DNA of 64,000 bases from Rhabdothermincola salaria (GCF_021246445.1 NZ_JAJQXW010000001.1:1134168-1198167), one strand, 5' to 3'. Shown: positions 19,559 through 29,181, numbered from the stretch's first letter. Program-made: numbers and translations. Notes: a model not told the origin generated them from the letters alone.

Positions 19559-20233
19559 TCAGGTCAGGCGCCGGCGCAGCTCGACGTAGACCTCGGGGCC
19601 CACGATGTCCTCGAGCTCGGCGCGCAGCGACTCGACCACCGCACGGTCGCCGATGTAGGCGCGGTCGCCCTCGGTGCAGCACCAGGCCATGGTCTCGCCT
19701 TCGGCCCCCCAGTCCGCCCGGGTCCAGCGCCGCACGGTGGCCTGCTCACGATCGTCGCCGAGTGCCAGCCAGTCGATGCGCAGAGGGAGCTGCCAGCACA
19801 CCGACGGCTTCCACTCGATGGGGGACTCGTCGGCGTCGACGGCGGCGAGGTGCAGCGCGCACCCGGCGCCACCGGCGAAGCCGGGGCGGTTCAAGAAGAT
19901 GCAGGCCCCGTCGACGACCCTGGTGTTGGTGCGCGCGTGGTCGGAGAAGACGCCATCGGCGAGGGCCTCGGCGTGGAACTGGAACCGGTCCGGTTCGACC
20001 ATGGCGGCCAGTGCGCTGATCATGCGAGCCTCGTCCTCGTCGCCGAGCTCGGCACCGACCGAGCAGCAGCCCTGGCCCAGCTCCTCGGCGGGTTCGTCGA
20101 GGATCCCGAGGCACCCTCGACCCCAGAGGCAGGTCCATGCCGAGCTCAGGAAGGCCCGGTCGAAGCGCCACACCGTGGACCCGTCGTCGATGATCTCCAG
20201 GTCGGGGTCGGCCGGCTCGGCTGTCTCGTCCAC
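19559..20233 (-). CDS. Conserved Cys-rich hypothetical protein (possible Fe-S/Zn binding)
   Basis: WTCLWGRGC, GCCSVGA, ACIFLNRPGF, GCALH, KPSVCWQLP, WCCTE. Confidence 0.8.
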   Translation of the reverse strand: MDETAEPADPDLEIIDDGSTVWRFDRAFLSSAWTCLWGRGCLGILDEPAEELGQGCCSVGAELGDEDEARMISALAAMVEPDRFQFHAEALADGVFSDHARTNTRVVDGACIFLNRPGFAGGAGCALHLAAVDADESPIEWKPSVCWQLPLRIDWLALGDDREQATVRRWTRADWGAEGETMAWCCTEGDRAYIGDRAVVESLRAELEDIVGPEVYVELRRRLT

Positions 20234-20271
20234 GGGCCGGGAGGGTAGCGGCCAGCGGGTCGAGGGCTCCC

Positions 20272-20694
20272 TCAGCCCACGATGGGCAGGCCGGTCGCCT
20301 CGGCGGCTTCTCCGACCGATCCCAGATCGGTCAGGTCGGAGAAGCCGGCCTGAGCCATCTGGGCGACCGCCGCGGCCGAGCGGTTGCCGGACCGGCAGTA
20401 GACGACGGTCGGTGCCCCGGGATCGAGCGAGGCGACGGCGTCGGCGAAGTCCGGTGACTGCACATCGATGTTGACCGCGCCCTCGACGTGACCCTCGGCG
20501 AACTCGGCAGGGGTCCGGACGTCCACGATGACGGCGTCGCTGGGCACGGCCCGGGTGGAGCCGGCCGACGCGGCGGTCGAAGGGGTCGCCTCGGCGCCGG
20601 CGCTGGCCGAGGAGCCCTGGGAGCATCCGGTGAGCGCGAGCAGGAGGGCCACGGCGGCGGCGACGATGGCAAGGGGGCGACGAGGTGAGGGCAT
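20272..20694 (-). CDS. Rhodanese-like lipoprotein
   Basis: Lipobox LTGC; DVRTPAEFAEGHVEGA; YCRSGNRS. Confidence 0.92.
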   Translation of the reverse strand: MPSPRRPLAIVAAAVALLLALTGCSQGSSASAGAEATPSTAASAGSTRAVPSDAVIVDVRTPAEFAEGHVEGAVNIDVQSPDFADAVASLDPGAPTVVYCRSGNRSAAAVAQMAQAGFSDLTDLGSVGEAAEATGLPIVG

Positions 20695-20733
20695 CGGGTG
20701 CTCCGGGGGACGACGGTGTGCGCCGTGAGCATA

Positions 20734-20747
20734 TACCCCTAGGGGTA
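20734..20747. promoter_or_regulatory. CsoR/CstR/RicR-type operator palindrome
   Basis: TACCCCTAGGGGTA perfect palindrome next to TATGCT -10 of the rhodanese gene. Confidence 0.7.
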
Positions 20748-20804
20748 CAGTTCCACAGCGCTGCCTCCGTCCCGGCGCAGCCCGCGGTCCGTAGAGTGGG
20801 GACG

Positions 20805-22403
20805 ATGACGAGGGTGCTGGCCATCTGGCTCGATGGCTTCGACATGGCCCTGGCCGACCGATGGAACCTCCCCTCGTTGGGCGCGCTCGCCGAGGAGGGA
20901 GCCTGGGCCCACCTCGACAACGGGACCGCCCACCTGAGCGGCCTCTCCGGCGAGCACCTGGTCACCGGCCTCGGCCCCGACGACGCCGGCCGGGCCAGCG
21001 CCGTCACCTTCGATCCCGCGACCTACGAGTGCCGCCAGGACGGCTTCCTCGTGGCACCGGCCCTGGGCGCCGTGCCCACGGTCGTCTTCGATCCCTGCTA
21101 CCTCGACCTCGACGCCTGCCCCCCGACCGTCACCGGCATCACCGACTGGGGGGCGCACGACCCGGGAGGTCCGCCCCAGGAGCGACCCGACGGGGTCCGG
21201 AGCGAGCTGCACGCACGGTTCGGCACCTATCCCGCTGCGCCGTGGGTGTACGCCACCCCGTGGGCGTCGCCGGCGCGCTGCGAGGCCATGGGCCGCGACC
21301 TGGTCGAGGCCGTCGATCGGCGGGCGCAGATCGCCACCTGGCTGCTCGGCGAGCGACTCCCCGACTGGCGACTGGCCCTGATCGGGGTGTCGGAACCCCA
21401 CAGCGCCACCGAGGGGTTGTTCCACGGCGTCGACCCGGAGCACCCGCTGCACGCCCACGCCTCGGCCCCTTCCGCCGCCCGGTCGCTGCGGGCCGTCTAC
21501 GACGCGGCTGATCGCCTGGTCGGCTCGCTGCTCGGCGCCTTCCCCGATGCCGTGCACGTCGTCTTCTCGCTTCACGGGATGGGCCGCAACACCAGCGACG
21601 TGACCACCATGGCCCTCCTGGGCGAGCTCCTCGCCCGGTGGTCGGGTCAGCGCACACCCGACACCGATTTCGCTCTCGATGCCCACGGCGTGGCCGTCCT
21701 CGGCGAGGACGAGAGCTGGTCGACCGCGGTGTCGACGGCGTTGACCCCACCGTCGGAGCATCGGCGTCCGCCCGTCTCGGCGGTGCGCCGCGCCGCCCGG
21801 CACCTGCCAGATCCCCTGCGGTCGGCGCTGCGCCGCCTGCGCGGCGCACGTCCGGCGCCGGGCCTCGAATGGATGCCGCTCCTGCGTCACCAACCCCGCT
21901 GGCCGGAGATGGCCGCGTTCGCCCTGCCCTCGTTCTACGACGGTCGGGTCCGCATCAACGTCAGGGGGCGCGAGGGGCAGGGTCGGGTCGACCCCGGCGA
22001 CTACGACCAGGTGCTCTCGGAGGTCGAGGAGCTCCTGCGTGGCTGTCGCGACCCGCGTACCGGTGGGCCGGCCGTGGGCGCGATGCACCGCACCGCCGCC
22101 GACCCCTTCGCCGTCGGCGTCACCGATGCCGACCTGGTCGTCGACTGGGCCGACGGCGTCTACGGACTGGACCACCCCGAGCTCGGCACCATCGGCCCGC
22201 TCCCACCCCGTCGAACCGGCGGCCACACCAGCCCCCTCGGCCGACTCCTGGTCCACGGCGACGGCATCGATCCCGGTGACCTGGGCACCCGAAGCTCCTT
22301 CGACGTCCTGCCGACGCTGCTCGACCTCAGCGGCGCCGCACCCCCGCACCGTCTCACCGGTCGGGCTCTGCGCGTCCCCCGGATCGGCGAGCCGGCGCCG
22401 TGA
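20805..22403 (+). CDS. Alkaline phosphatase superfamily (NPP/type I phosphodiesterase-like) protein
   Basis: AIWLDG, SEPHSA, VFSLHGMG, RINVRGRE, RTGGH, DVLPTLL. Confidence 0.8.
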   Translation: MTRVLAIWLDGFDMALADRWNLPSLGALAEEGAWAHLDNGTAHLSGLSGEHLVTGLGPDDAGRASAVTFDPATYECRQDGFLVAPALGAVPTVVFDPCYLDLDACPPTVTGITDWGAHDPGGPPQERPDGVRSELHARFGTYPAAPWVYATPWASPARCEAMGRDLVEAVDRRAQIATWLLGERLPDWRLALIGVSEPHSATEGLFHGVDPEHPLHAHASAPSAARSLRAVYDAADRLVGSLLGAFPDAVHVVFSLHGMGRNTSDVTTMALLGELLARWSGQRTPDTDFALDAHGVAVLGEDESWSTAVSTALTPPSEHRRPPVSAVRRAARHLPDPLRSALRRLRGARPAPGLEWMPLLRHQPRWPEMAAFALPSFYDGRVRINVRGREGQGRVDPGDYDQVLSEVEELLRGCRDPRTGGPAVGAMHRTAADPFAVGVTDADLVVDWADGVYGLDHPELGTIGPLPPRRTGGHTSPLGRLLVHGDGIDPGDLGTRSSFDVLPTLLDLSGAAPPHRLTGRALRVPRIGEPAP

Positions 22404-22437
22404 CGGGGCACCGTCGGTGACGCCGGCGAGCGAGACG

Positions 22438-23394
22438 TCACTCCGCCCCCGCCCCTGCCAGCGACGCGGGGCCGGACCGACCCGTGGCCAGACGCCACGA
22501 GGTGGCCGCCAACACCGCCAGCGCGCCGAGCGCGGCGGCCACGATCGCGGTGGTCACCCCGAACCAGGTCAGCGAGTCGCCCAGCACGAGCACACCGCCT
22601 GCCGCGGTGCCGAGGGCGGTGACCTGGGCGCTGGCCGCCACGGCGGGGACACCAGCGGCGGGGAGCGCCGCCGTGCGCAGGACGCGGCCCATCGTGCCGA
22701 GGACGGCCACCACGAGCGCGGCCGCCGCGGACGCCGCCAGGACCGATGGCTCCAGGGTCGTTCGCTGCACCGCCGCCACGGGGGTGAGGGCCACTGCCGC
22801 CAGGACCATGGTGGCCATCACCAGCGACGAGGGGTCGACCCCCTCCTGGACGGCGCGTTGGCTGGTGCGCATCGACCACACCTCCAGGGCCACGAAGGCC
22901 ACTGCCGCGGCCACCGCCAGCGGTGTCACCCGGGTGGCCGTCGTGGTACCGAAGGCGGCTGCCACCAGCCCGACGATGGCGGCGGCCGACGAACCCAGGG
23001 CCGCCCAGGTGGCCCTGGGCCCGACCCGATCGCGCACCAGCAGCGCCACCGCCGGCGTGCACGCGAGCGCCAAGCCGGCGAGGGGCCCGTCGAGGGTCCG
23101 GAACATGGTGGCGGCCGCCAGCATCGTGGCCGCCGAGACCGCGGCCGCCGTCCGCCCCGAACGACACCGCAACGCCCACCACCAGGCCTGCGGGGACCGA
23201 CGACGGACGATGAGCCACGCGACCAGGGTGCCGAGCCCCGCGCGGAGGGCCACGACCGCGACGGTGGAGCCGTCGCCGAAGCGCCAGGCCACGTTCGAGG
23301 CGGCGAACATCAGCGAGGCCACCAGCACGAAAGCCACGGCGCGGTGGTGCCCGTGGAGCCTCAGAAGAGGGCGCGACGCAGAGGGGGGACCCAT
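22438..23394 (-). CDS. EamA/DMT-like membrane transporter
   Basis: About 10 TM helices in two repeats, LVLGD motif near C-terminus. Confidence 0.7.
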   Translation of the reverse strand: MGPPSASRPLLRLHGHHRAVAFVLVASLMFAASNVAWRFGDGSTVAVVALRAGLGTLVAWLIVRRRSPQAWWWALRCRSGRTAAAVSAATMLAAATMFRTLDGPLAGLALACTPAVALLVRDRVGPRATWAALGSSAAAIVGLVAAAFGTTTATRVTPLAVAAAVAFVALEVWSMRTSQRAVQEGVDPSSLVMATMVLAAVALTPVAAVQRTTLEPSVLAASAAAALVVAVLGTMGRVLRTAALPAAGVPAVAASAQVTALGTAAGGVLVLGDSLTWFGVTTAIVAAALGALAVLAATSWRLATGRSGPASLAGAGAE

Positions 23395-23480
23395 CGACCG
23401 CAGTCTCGCGAGGGTGCCTCGTCCATGACGAACCGGTTCACCCGCCCGGTGCGCCGGGCGAACGGTCCCGGCCTCGCCGG

Positions 23481-24050
23481 TCAGTCGTCTCCGGCGGGGG
23501 CGTCGTCGCCGTCGTGTCCGCTCCCGTCGAGCAGGTCGTGGGTCTCGGCCAGCGCCCCGTGCGTCCCTCCCACCAGCAGATCGATCCCGTCGGGTCGGCC
23601 CCGGAGCTCGTCGCATTCGGCCCGGGTCGGCGGCCGGTCGCAGTGGCCCAGCACCCGCATGCCCGTGAAGTGGTGCACCCCCATCGGGTCGAGCAGCGTC
23701 CGGCCGCTCACCGAGCCGAGGTAGAGCGGACCCGGTGGCGGTGGCAGAGCGCTGTACCGGAGGCCGACGAGCTCCCCCGACCCCGACGCCCACCACAGGT
23801 GCCAGGCCGCGCCCGGATCGTCGGTGGCGCGCCAGCCTCGGCCCAGGTCCACCTCGAGATGGTGGCCCCGCATGCGCACGAAGTGCCCGGGCGTCACCAG
23901 GTCGGTGCGCGGCGCGGGGCCCGTCCAACCCTGGATGCTGCGCCCGTAGAACGCCAGCACCCCGGCCGTGGCGGCGCCCAGGGCACCGAGGAAGAGCCAC
24001 GTCGACAGGCGGGCCGTGGCCGCCGTGAACGTCAGATCGACCTCGGTCAC
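23481..24050 (-). CDS. Hypothetical protein with N-terminal TM helix, coupled to the B12-binding gene
   Basis: GTG start overlaps upstream TGA (GTGA); one hydrophobic helix then a soluble domain. Confidence 0.65.
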   Translation of the reverse strand: MTEVDLTFTAATARLSTWLFLGALGAATAGVLAFYGRSIQGWTGPAPRTDLVTPGHFVRMRGHHLEVDLGRGWRATDDPGAAWHLWWASGSGELVGLRYSALPPPPGPLYLGSVSGRTLLDPMGVHHFTGMRVLGHCDRPPTRAECDELRGRPDGIDLLVGGTHGALAETHDLLDGSGHDGDDAPAGDD

Positions 24051-25084
24051 GCGTCGCCACCGGCGAGCGGCACCACCATCGCGACCGCCATCTCGAGCAG
24101 TCGCGTCGCTTCGGGTCCGGACGAGCCCATGGCGGTGCGGGCGACGTCGAACGCTGCGGCGCCCTCGCCGGTGCTGACCCCTTGGCCGTGCCAGCGACGC
24201 CGCATCCAGTGCACGAACTCCTCGAGCACGGAGTCGTCGTCGACCAACCAGGCCGCGGCCAGGTGCTGGAGCAGGGTGACCATGTCCTCGACCAGCCGGG
24301 CGTTGCGACCGTGCTCGGCCGGAGCCGTCTCCGGCAGGCGACGGTCGAGATCGGCGAGCATCGGCCCGCGTCGGCCCGGAGCGGCCCCGAGCAGCTCGAG
24401 GGCCGCCCGGTCGAGGGCGACCGGCGCCTCGGGCGCCGTCGGCGGGACGTCGCGCCAGCCCTTCAGGATCGTCGCCGCGACCTCGGCCTCGTCGGTCCAC
24501 GCATCGACGCCGAGGCGGTCGGCCCGGTGCGACGTCGTGCCGAACGCCCGGCCCCCGGCGAGCACGGGGACTCCCCGGGCATGGGCGGCATCGACCAGGC
24601 GGGCGACGCCCGGGAAGTTCACGGCGAAGCTGCACGAGATGGCGAGCGCATCGACGGGGTGACGAGACAGGTAGTCGACCACCGCCTCGGCCGGAGTGGA
24701 TGCCCCCAGGAAGGTGACACCCACCCCGCGAGCCTCCAGAGCATGTCCGAGCATCTCCGCCGGCAGCGAGTGCCACTCGCCCTCGGCGCAGGCCACGAGC
24801 GTGTGCCCCGCGAGCTCGTCGGGCGCCGATTCGAGCGCCAGGGCCGCCAGGGTGGCCGCCGACACGCCCGATGCCACGTGTTCGTCGGCCACGCTGAGCT
24901 CGTTGCGGTACCAGCGCTCCCCGACCTCGCGTTGGGACTCCGCCAGCATCTCGACCAGGTCACCAGGGGGCACCCCGTGGCGGTAGAGGCCGATCAACCG
25001 GCGCCACGCACCAGACCGATCGCCCCGCAGCGCCTCGTCGAGATAGGGGCCGATCTGCGTCTCGAGACCATCCGGGAGGCTCAT
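24047..25084 (-). CDS. CarH-type cobalamin-binding photoreceptor with C-terminal helical domain (photocobilin-like)
   Basis: W-x9-EH (WYRNELSVADEH), ExH (EGEWH), FLGASTP, VLAGG; C-term EDMVTLLQHLAAAWLVDD..FVHW helical domain; no HTH. Confidence 0.85.
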   Translation of the reverse strand: MSLPDGLETQIGPYLDEALRGDRSGAWRRLIGLYRHGVPPGDLVEMLAESQREVGERWYRNELSVADEHVASGVSAATLAALALESAPDELAGHTLVACAEGEWHSLPAEMLGHALEARGVGVTFLGASTPAEAVVDYLSRHPVDALAISCSFAVNFPGVARLVDAAHARGVPVLAGGRAFGTTSHRADRLGVDAWTDEAEVAATILKGWRDVPPTAPEAPVALDRAALELLGAAPGRRGPMLADLDRRLPETAPAEHGRNARLVEDMVTLLQHLAAAWLVDDDSVLEEFVHWMRRRWHGQGVSTGEGAAAFDVARTAMGSSGPEATRLLEMAVAMVVPLAGGDA

Positions 25085-26265
25085 CGGCGGCCTCCATACC
25101 TCGTGAGCGACGCCGTCTCCTCTGCCGCCACGACCCATCCATCCCGGCCGCCTCGCTTGGCCCGGTAGAGCGCCTCGTCGGCGCGGGCCACCGTCTCGGG
25201 GCCGCTCCCGAGCCAGGCCGCCACCCCGGCGGAGAAGGTCACGGGGTGGGGTCGACGGTGCTCCCATCGCTCCCGCAGCCGCTCGAGGAACCGCGTCGCT
25301 CCCTCGTCACGCATGAGCACCAGGAACTCCTCGCCCCCGTATCGGCCCACGATGTCACGGGAGCGAGCGGTGTCACGCAGGGTGCGGCCGAACTCGTACA
25401 GGACGTCGTCGCCGGCCTGGTGCCCGAGCTCGTCGTTGAGCGCCTTGAAGTGATCGAGGTCCAACATGATCACCACGTCGGCCTCACCGAGGCGGCCGAG
25501 GGCACGTCCCAGCATCCTCCGGTTGGGGATGCCGGTGAGCGGATCGATCGACGCGTCCTCGGCCAGCTGTTCGATGTGGGTGTTTCGACCCACGGCGGTC
25601 CGGGCATCGTTCAGGAAGCCGGGGAGGTGCAGCTCGATCAAGGACCGAGCTGTGCTGTCGAACGGCGCCGACGGCAGGATCGGCGGCCCGTCACCGAAGG
25701 ACAGGTCGGCCGGCAAGGCCTCGGGGCCCGCCCCTTCGGCGGCCACCACCACGCCGCCGAGTGCGGTGACCAGCCGTTCGGCCGCGTGTCGGGCGTCACT
25801 GGCGCTGCGCACGTCCCACAACGACCGGGTGACGTCGAGCGCAGTGGCGAGGGCCTGGTTGGCGCGGACCTTCTCATCGACGTCGCGGATGGCCACGACC
25901 ACACCGTCGGCGTTCCCCTTCTCGAACACCCCCCTGGCGGAGATCGACACGTAGACCTCGTTGCCGTCGAACCGCACGACACGGACCTCGAAGGGCGGGA
26001 CGGGGTCCGCCGACGACGTGGCCTCCGCGAAGGCTCGCTCGGCGACGCCCATGTCGTCGGGATGGACGAAGGCCCACGGGTCACCCCCGACCAGATCGTG
26101 CCCGCGCCAGCCGGCGAAGGCCGAGATCGACGGCGACACCCACGCCACCCGACCGTCGGCGCCGAGGAGGACGATGACGTCGGAGGCGTTCTCGGCGAGC
26201 AGCCGATAGCGCTGCGCCTCGTCGGGACCCTCGGCGGGTCGCCCGTCGCCCCCGTCGTCCATCAT
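25081..26265 (-). CDS. PAS-domain diguanylate cyclase (GGEEF)
   Basis: RYRLLAENASD PAS; DPLTGIPNRR, DLDHFKALND, RSRDIVGRYGGEEF; stop overlaps next ATG. Confidence 0.93.
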   Translation of the reverse strand: MMDDGGDGRPAEGPDEAQRYRLLAENASDVIVLLGADGRVAWVSPSISAFAGWRGHDLVGGDPWAFVHPDDMGVAERAFAEATSSADPVPPFEVRVVRFDGNEVYVSISARGVFEKGNADGVVVAIRDVDEKVRANQALATALDVTRSLWDVRSASDARHAAERLVTALGGVVVAAEGAGPEALPADLSFGDGPPILPSAPFDSTARSLIELHLPGFLNDARTAVGRNTHIEQLAEDASIDPLTGIPNRRMLGRALGRLGEADVVIMLDLDHFKALNDELGHQAGDDVLYEFGRTLRDTARSRDIVGRYGGEEFLVLMRDEGATRFLERLRERWEHRRPHPVTFSAGVAAWLGSGPETVARADEALYRAKRGGRDGWVVAAEETASLTRYGGRR

Positions 26266-26267
26266 GG

Positions 26268-27125
26268 CTACAGGGTACGGGGGCGGTTCACGAAGCGCTT
26301 CTCGGTGGGCGACCAGAACCAGCCTCCGCCGGCCAGAGACCCACCGTCGACCGGGACGTTGTGACCGGTGACGAACGACGACAGGTCCGAGGCCAGGAAC
26401 AACGCCACCCGGGCCTGGTCCTCGGGCCATCCGAGGCGCCCGACGGGAGCCCACGACTCCCACATGTCGTCGTGGTCCTCGTAGCCGCCGAGGTAGTCGA
26501 CCTGGGGGGTCTGAGTGAGGTCCGGGCCGATCCCGTTGACCCGGATCCCTTTGCGCCCCATGCCCACGGCCAGGTCCGTGGTGAACTTGGCGACGGCGGC
26601 CTTGAAGGCGCCGTACACCGGGTCGCCGGGGTAGCCCCGCAGCCCCTCGACCGAGTGGACGTTGACGATGCTGCCCCCACCGCTGTCGACCATCGAGTCG
26701 AGGAAGGCCCGGGTGACGGCGAAGACGTGGAACAGGTTGATGTCGTACATCGCCTTCCACGACTCGGCGCTGGAGACCGGGAAGCGGACGAGCGGCCGGT
26801 AGTCACCCACGTTGTTGACGAGCACCGACACCGCCGGGTGCTCACCCAGCACGGCGTCGCGCAACGTGTCGACCCCGGCCTCGGTGGTCACGTCGACCAC
26901 GTGGGCTCTCACCGAGCCCCCCGCGGCCTCGATCTCGTCCACCGCCTGGTCGGCTCGCTCCTGGTCGATCTCGGCGATCTCGACGTGGGCCCCGTGGGCG
27001 GCGAACAGGCGCGACACCGCGCCTCCGATGCCGGCCCCGCCGCCCGTCACCACGGCGACCCGCCCGTCGAGGAGACGGTTCCAGTCGTCGACGGGCACGA
27101 CGTTGGCGGGGTTCTGGGTGGTCAT
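26268..27125 (-). CDS. SDR family oxidoreductase
   Basis: TGGGAGIG, NNVG, YGAFK. Confidence 0.93.
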   Translation of the reverse strand: MTTQNPANVVPVDDWNRLLDGRVAVVTGGGAGIGGAVSRLFAAHGAHVEIAEIDQERADQAVDEIEAAGGSVRAHVVDVTTEAGVDTLRDAVLGEHPAVSVLVNNVGDYRPLVRFPVSSAESWKAMYDINLFHVFAVTRAFLDSMVDSGGGSIVNVHSVEGLRGYPGDPVYGAFKAAVAKFTTDLAVGMGRKGIRVNGIGPDLTQTPQVDYLGGYEDHDDMWESWAPVGRLGWPEDQARVALFLASDLSSFVTGHNVPVDGGSLAGGGWFWSPTEKRFVNRPRTL

Positions 27126-27235
27126 GGTCTTCCTCTCGGGCAGTCATCCGGCCACGCCGGCCGCGATCCTGTCGCGGACCCTACGCGGCACCCGCCCCCG
27201 CCCGCGGTGGCTCCTCGCTCGCCTACGGTCGGGGC

Positions 27236-28204
27236 ATGCGCGCCGTCGTCTGCAACGAGCTCGGGCCGGTCGAGGACCTGGTGGTGGAGGAACGCCCCTC
27301 ACCGCCCCTGGGCCCGGACGACGTCCGCCTCGAGGTGTCGGCCTGCGGCGTCAACTACGTCGAGGGCCTCATGGTCCAGGGTCGGTACCAGGTGAAGATC
27401 CCGGCTCCCTTCACACCCGGGATGGAGGTCGTCGGACGGGTCGTCGAACGAGGCGCTCAGGTGGTCGACCGCCAGGTCGGCCAGCGGCTCTTCGTCGACG
27501 TGGGCATCGGCGGCTACGTCGACGAGCTGGTGGTGCCCGCCGCGCGCACCGTCCCCCTCCCCGACGAGCTCACCGACGGCCAGGGGGCCACCTTCATGCA
27601 GAGCTACCTCACCGGGTGGTTCGCGTTGCGCGAGCGGATCGACGCCCACCACGGCCAGACCATGCTCGTGCTCGGTGCCGGCAGTGGGGTCGGCCTGGCC
27701 GCGGTCGACCTCGGAGATGCGCTCGGCCTGAGGGTCATGGCCGCCGCCTCCTCCGAGGAGAAGCGCCAGCTGGCCCGCCATCGTGGCGCCACCTGGGTCA
27801 TCGACTCCTCCACCGAGGACGTCAAGGCCCGCGCCCGCGAGCTCGGCGGGGGCGGCGTCGACATCGTCTACGACCCGGTCGGCGGCGAGCTCGGCGAAGC
27901 CTGCCTCCGGGCCCTCGGCGACGAGGGCACGCACCTGGTGATCGGCTTCGTGGCCGGCATCCCCCAGCTGCCGGCCAACCAGGTCCTGCTGCGCAACCGC
28001 CGGGTGGTCGGCGTCGAGTGGGGCGGGTGGGCGGGTCGCCACCCCGAGCGCAATCGCGCCCTGGTCGCCGAGGTGCTCGACCTGGTGCGCAACGGGCGCA
28101 TCCACCCGGTGGAACCGCACCCCTACCCTCTCGCCGACGCCGGGCGGGCCCTGCGCGACCTGGCCGAGCGCCGAGTGGCGGGCAAGGTGGCACTGGTCCC
28201 CTGA
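27236..28204 (+). CDS. NADPH:quinone oxidoreductase (MDR family)
   Basis: PFTPGME, LGAGSGVG, YDPVGG, GKVAL. Confidence 0.92.
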   Translation: MRAVVCNELGPVEDLVVEERPSPPLGPDDVRLEVSACGVNYVEGLMVQGRYQVKIPAPFTPGMEVVGRVVERGAQVVDRQVGQRLFVDVGIGGYVDELVVPAARTVPLPDELTDGQGATFMQSYLTGWFALRERIDAHHGQTMLVLGAGSGVGLAAVDLGDALGLRVMAAASSEEKRQLARHRGATWVIDSSTEDVKARARELGGGGVDIVYDPVGGELGEACLRALGDEGTHLVIGFVAGIPQLPANQVLLRNRRVVGVEWGGWAGRHPERNRALVAEVLDLVRNGRIHPVEPHPYPLADAGRALRDLAERRVAGKVALVP

Positions 28205-28257
28205 CGGGCCCCCGGGTGCCACGAAGGCCCTCGGACGCTCACCTAAGGTTGCCGACC

Positions 28258-29181
28258 GTGTCTGTCGTCGCTTCCATCGCTCAGGTCGTCCGCGGGTTCT
28301 TCATGGGGGCGGCCGACATCGTCCCCGGCGTGTCCGGCGGCACCGTAGCCCTCGTCCTCGGCATCTACGAGCGCCTGGTCGACAACATCCGCAAGGCGTC
28401 CTCGGTGCTGTCGAGCGTCGTGCGGCGCGACATCGGCGAGGCCCGCACACGCTTCGTGCAGGTCGAATGGCTCTGGATCATCGCCCTGCTGGCCGGGATC
28501 GGCGTCGCCGTGCTGGCGTTGTCGTCGATCATCGAACGCCTCCTCGAGGAGCACCCCGAGGCGATGGCCGGGCTGTTCTGCGGTCTCATCCTCGGGTCCG
28601 TGATCATCTCGTGGCGCCTGGCCAAGCAGGTGACGCCGGCCAACATCGCGCTCATGCTCGGCTCGGCCGTGCTCTTCTTCACTTTCCTCGGGCTACGAGC
28701 CGACACCGAGGGATCCGGCGCCGAGCTGGTCACCGAGCCCTTCTGGATGTTCTTCGTGGCCGGCGCCATCGCCATCTGCGCCATGATCCTGCCGGGCATC
28801 AGCGGCTCGTTCATCCTGGTCCTGCTGGGCATGTACACCGAGGTGCTGGGTGCGGTCAACGACCGCGACCTGTTCTTGATCGCCTTGTTCCTCCTCGGGT
28901 GCGTGGTCGGCCTGGCCAGCTTCTCGACGGCGCTGAGCTGGTCACTGCACCACCACCACGATCGGGTCCTCGCCATCATGATCGGCCTCATGCTGGGTTC
29001 CCTGCGGGTGCTGTGGCCCTGGCCCAACGGCGTGTACTCCACCCGCCTCGAGCTCCCCTCGGGAGCACCCGTCGTGCTCCCGATCGTGCTGGCCGTGGTG
29101 GGTCTGGTCGTGGTCCTGGCGATCGAGGTGGTCAGCGCCCGCCGCAGCGCCGGTCACGAGACGGTCGTGGTCCAGGACTGA
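28258..29181 (+). CDS. DUF368 family membrane protein
   Basis: MGAADIVPGVSGGT and AMILPGISGS repeats. Confidence 0.93.
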   Translation: MSVVASIAQVVRGFFMGAADIVPGVSGGTVALVLGIYERLVDNIRKASSVLSSVVRRDIGEARTRFVQVEWLWIIALLAGIGVAVLALSSIIERLLEEHPEAMAGLFCGLILGSVIISWRLAKQVTPANIALMLGSAVLFFTFLGLRADTEGSGAELVTEPFWMFFVAGAIAICAMILPGISGSFILVLLGMYTEVLGAVNDRDLFLIALFLLGCVVGLASFSTALSWSLHHHHDRVLAIMIGLMLGSLRVLWPWPNGVYSTRLELPSGAPVVLPIVLAVVGLVVVLAIEVVSARRSAGHETVVVQD

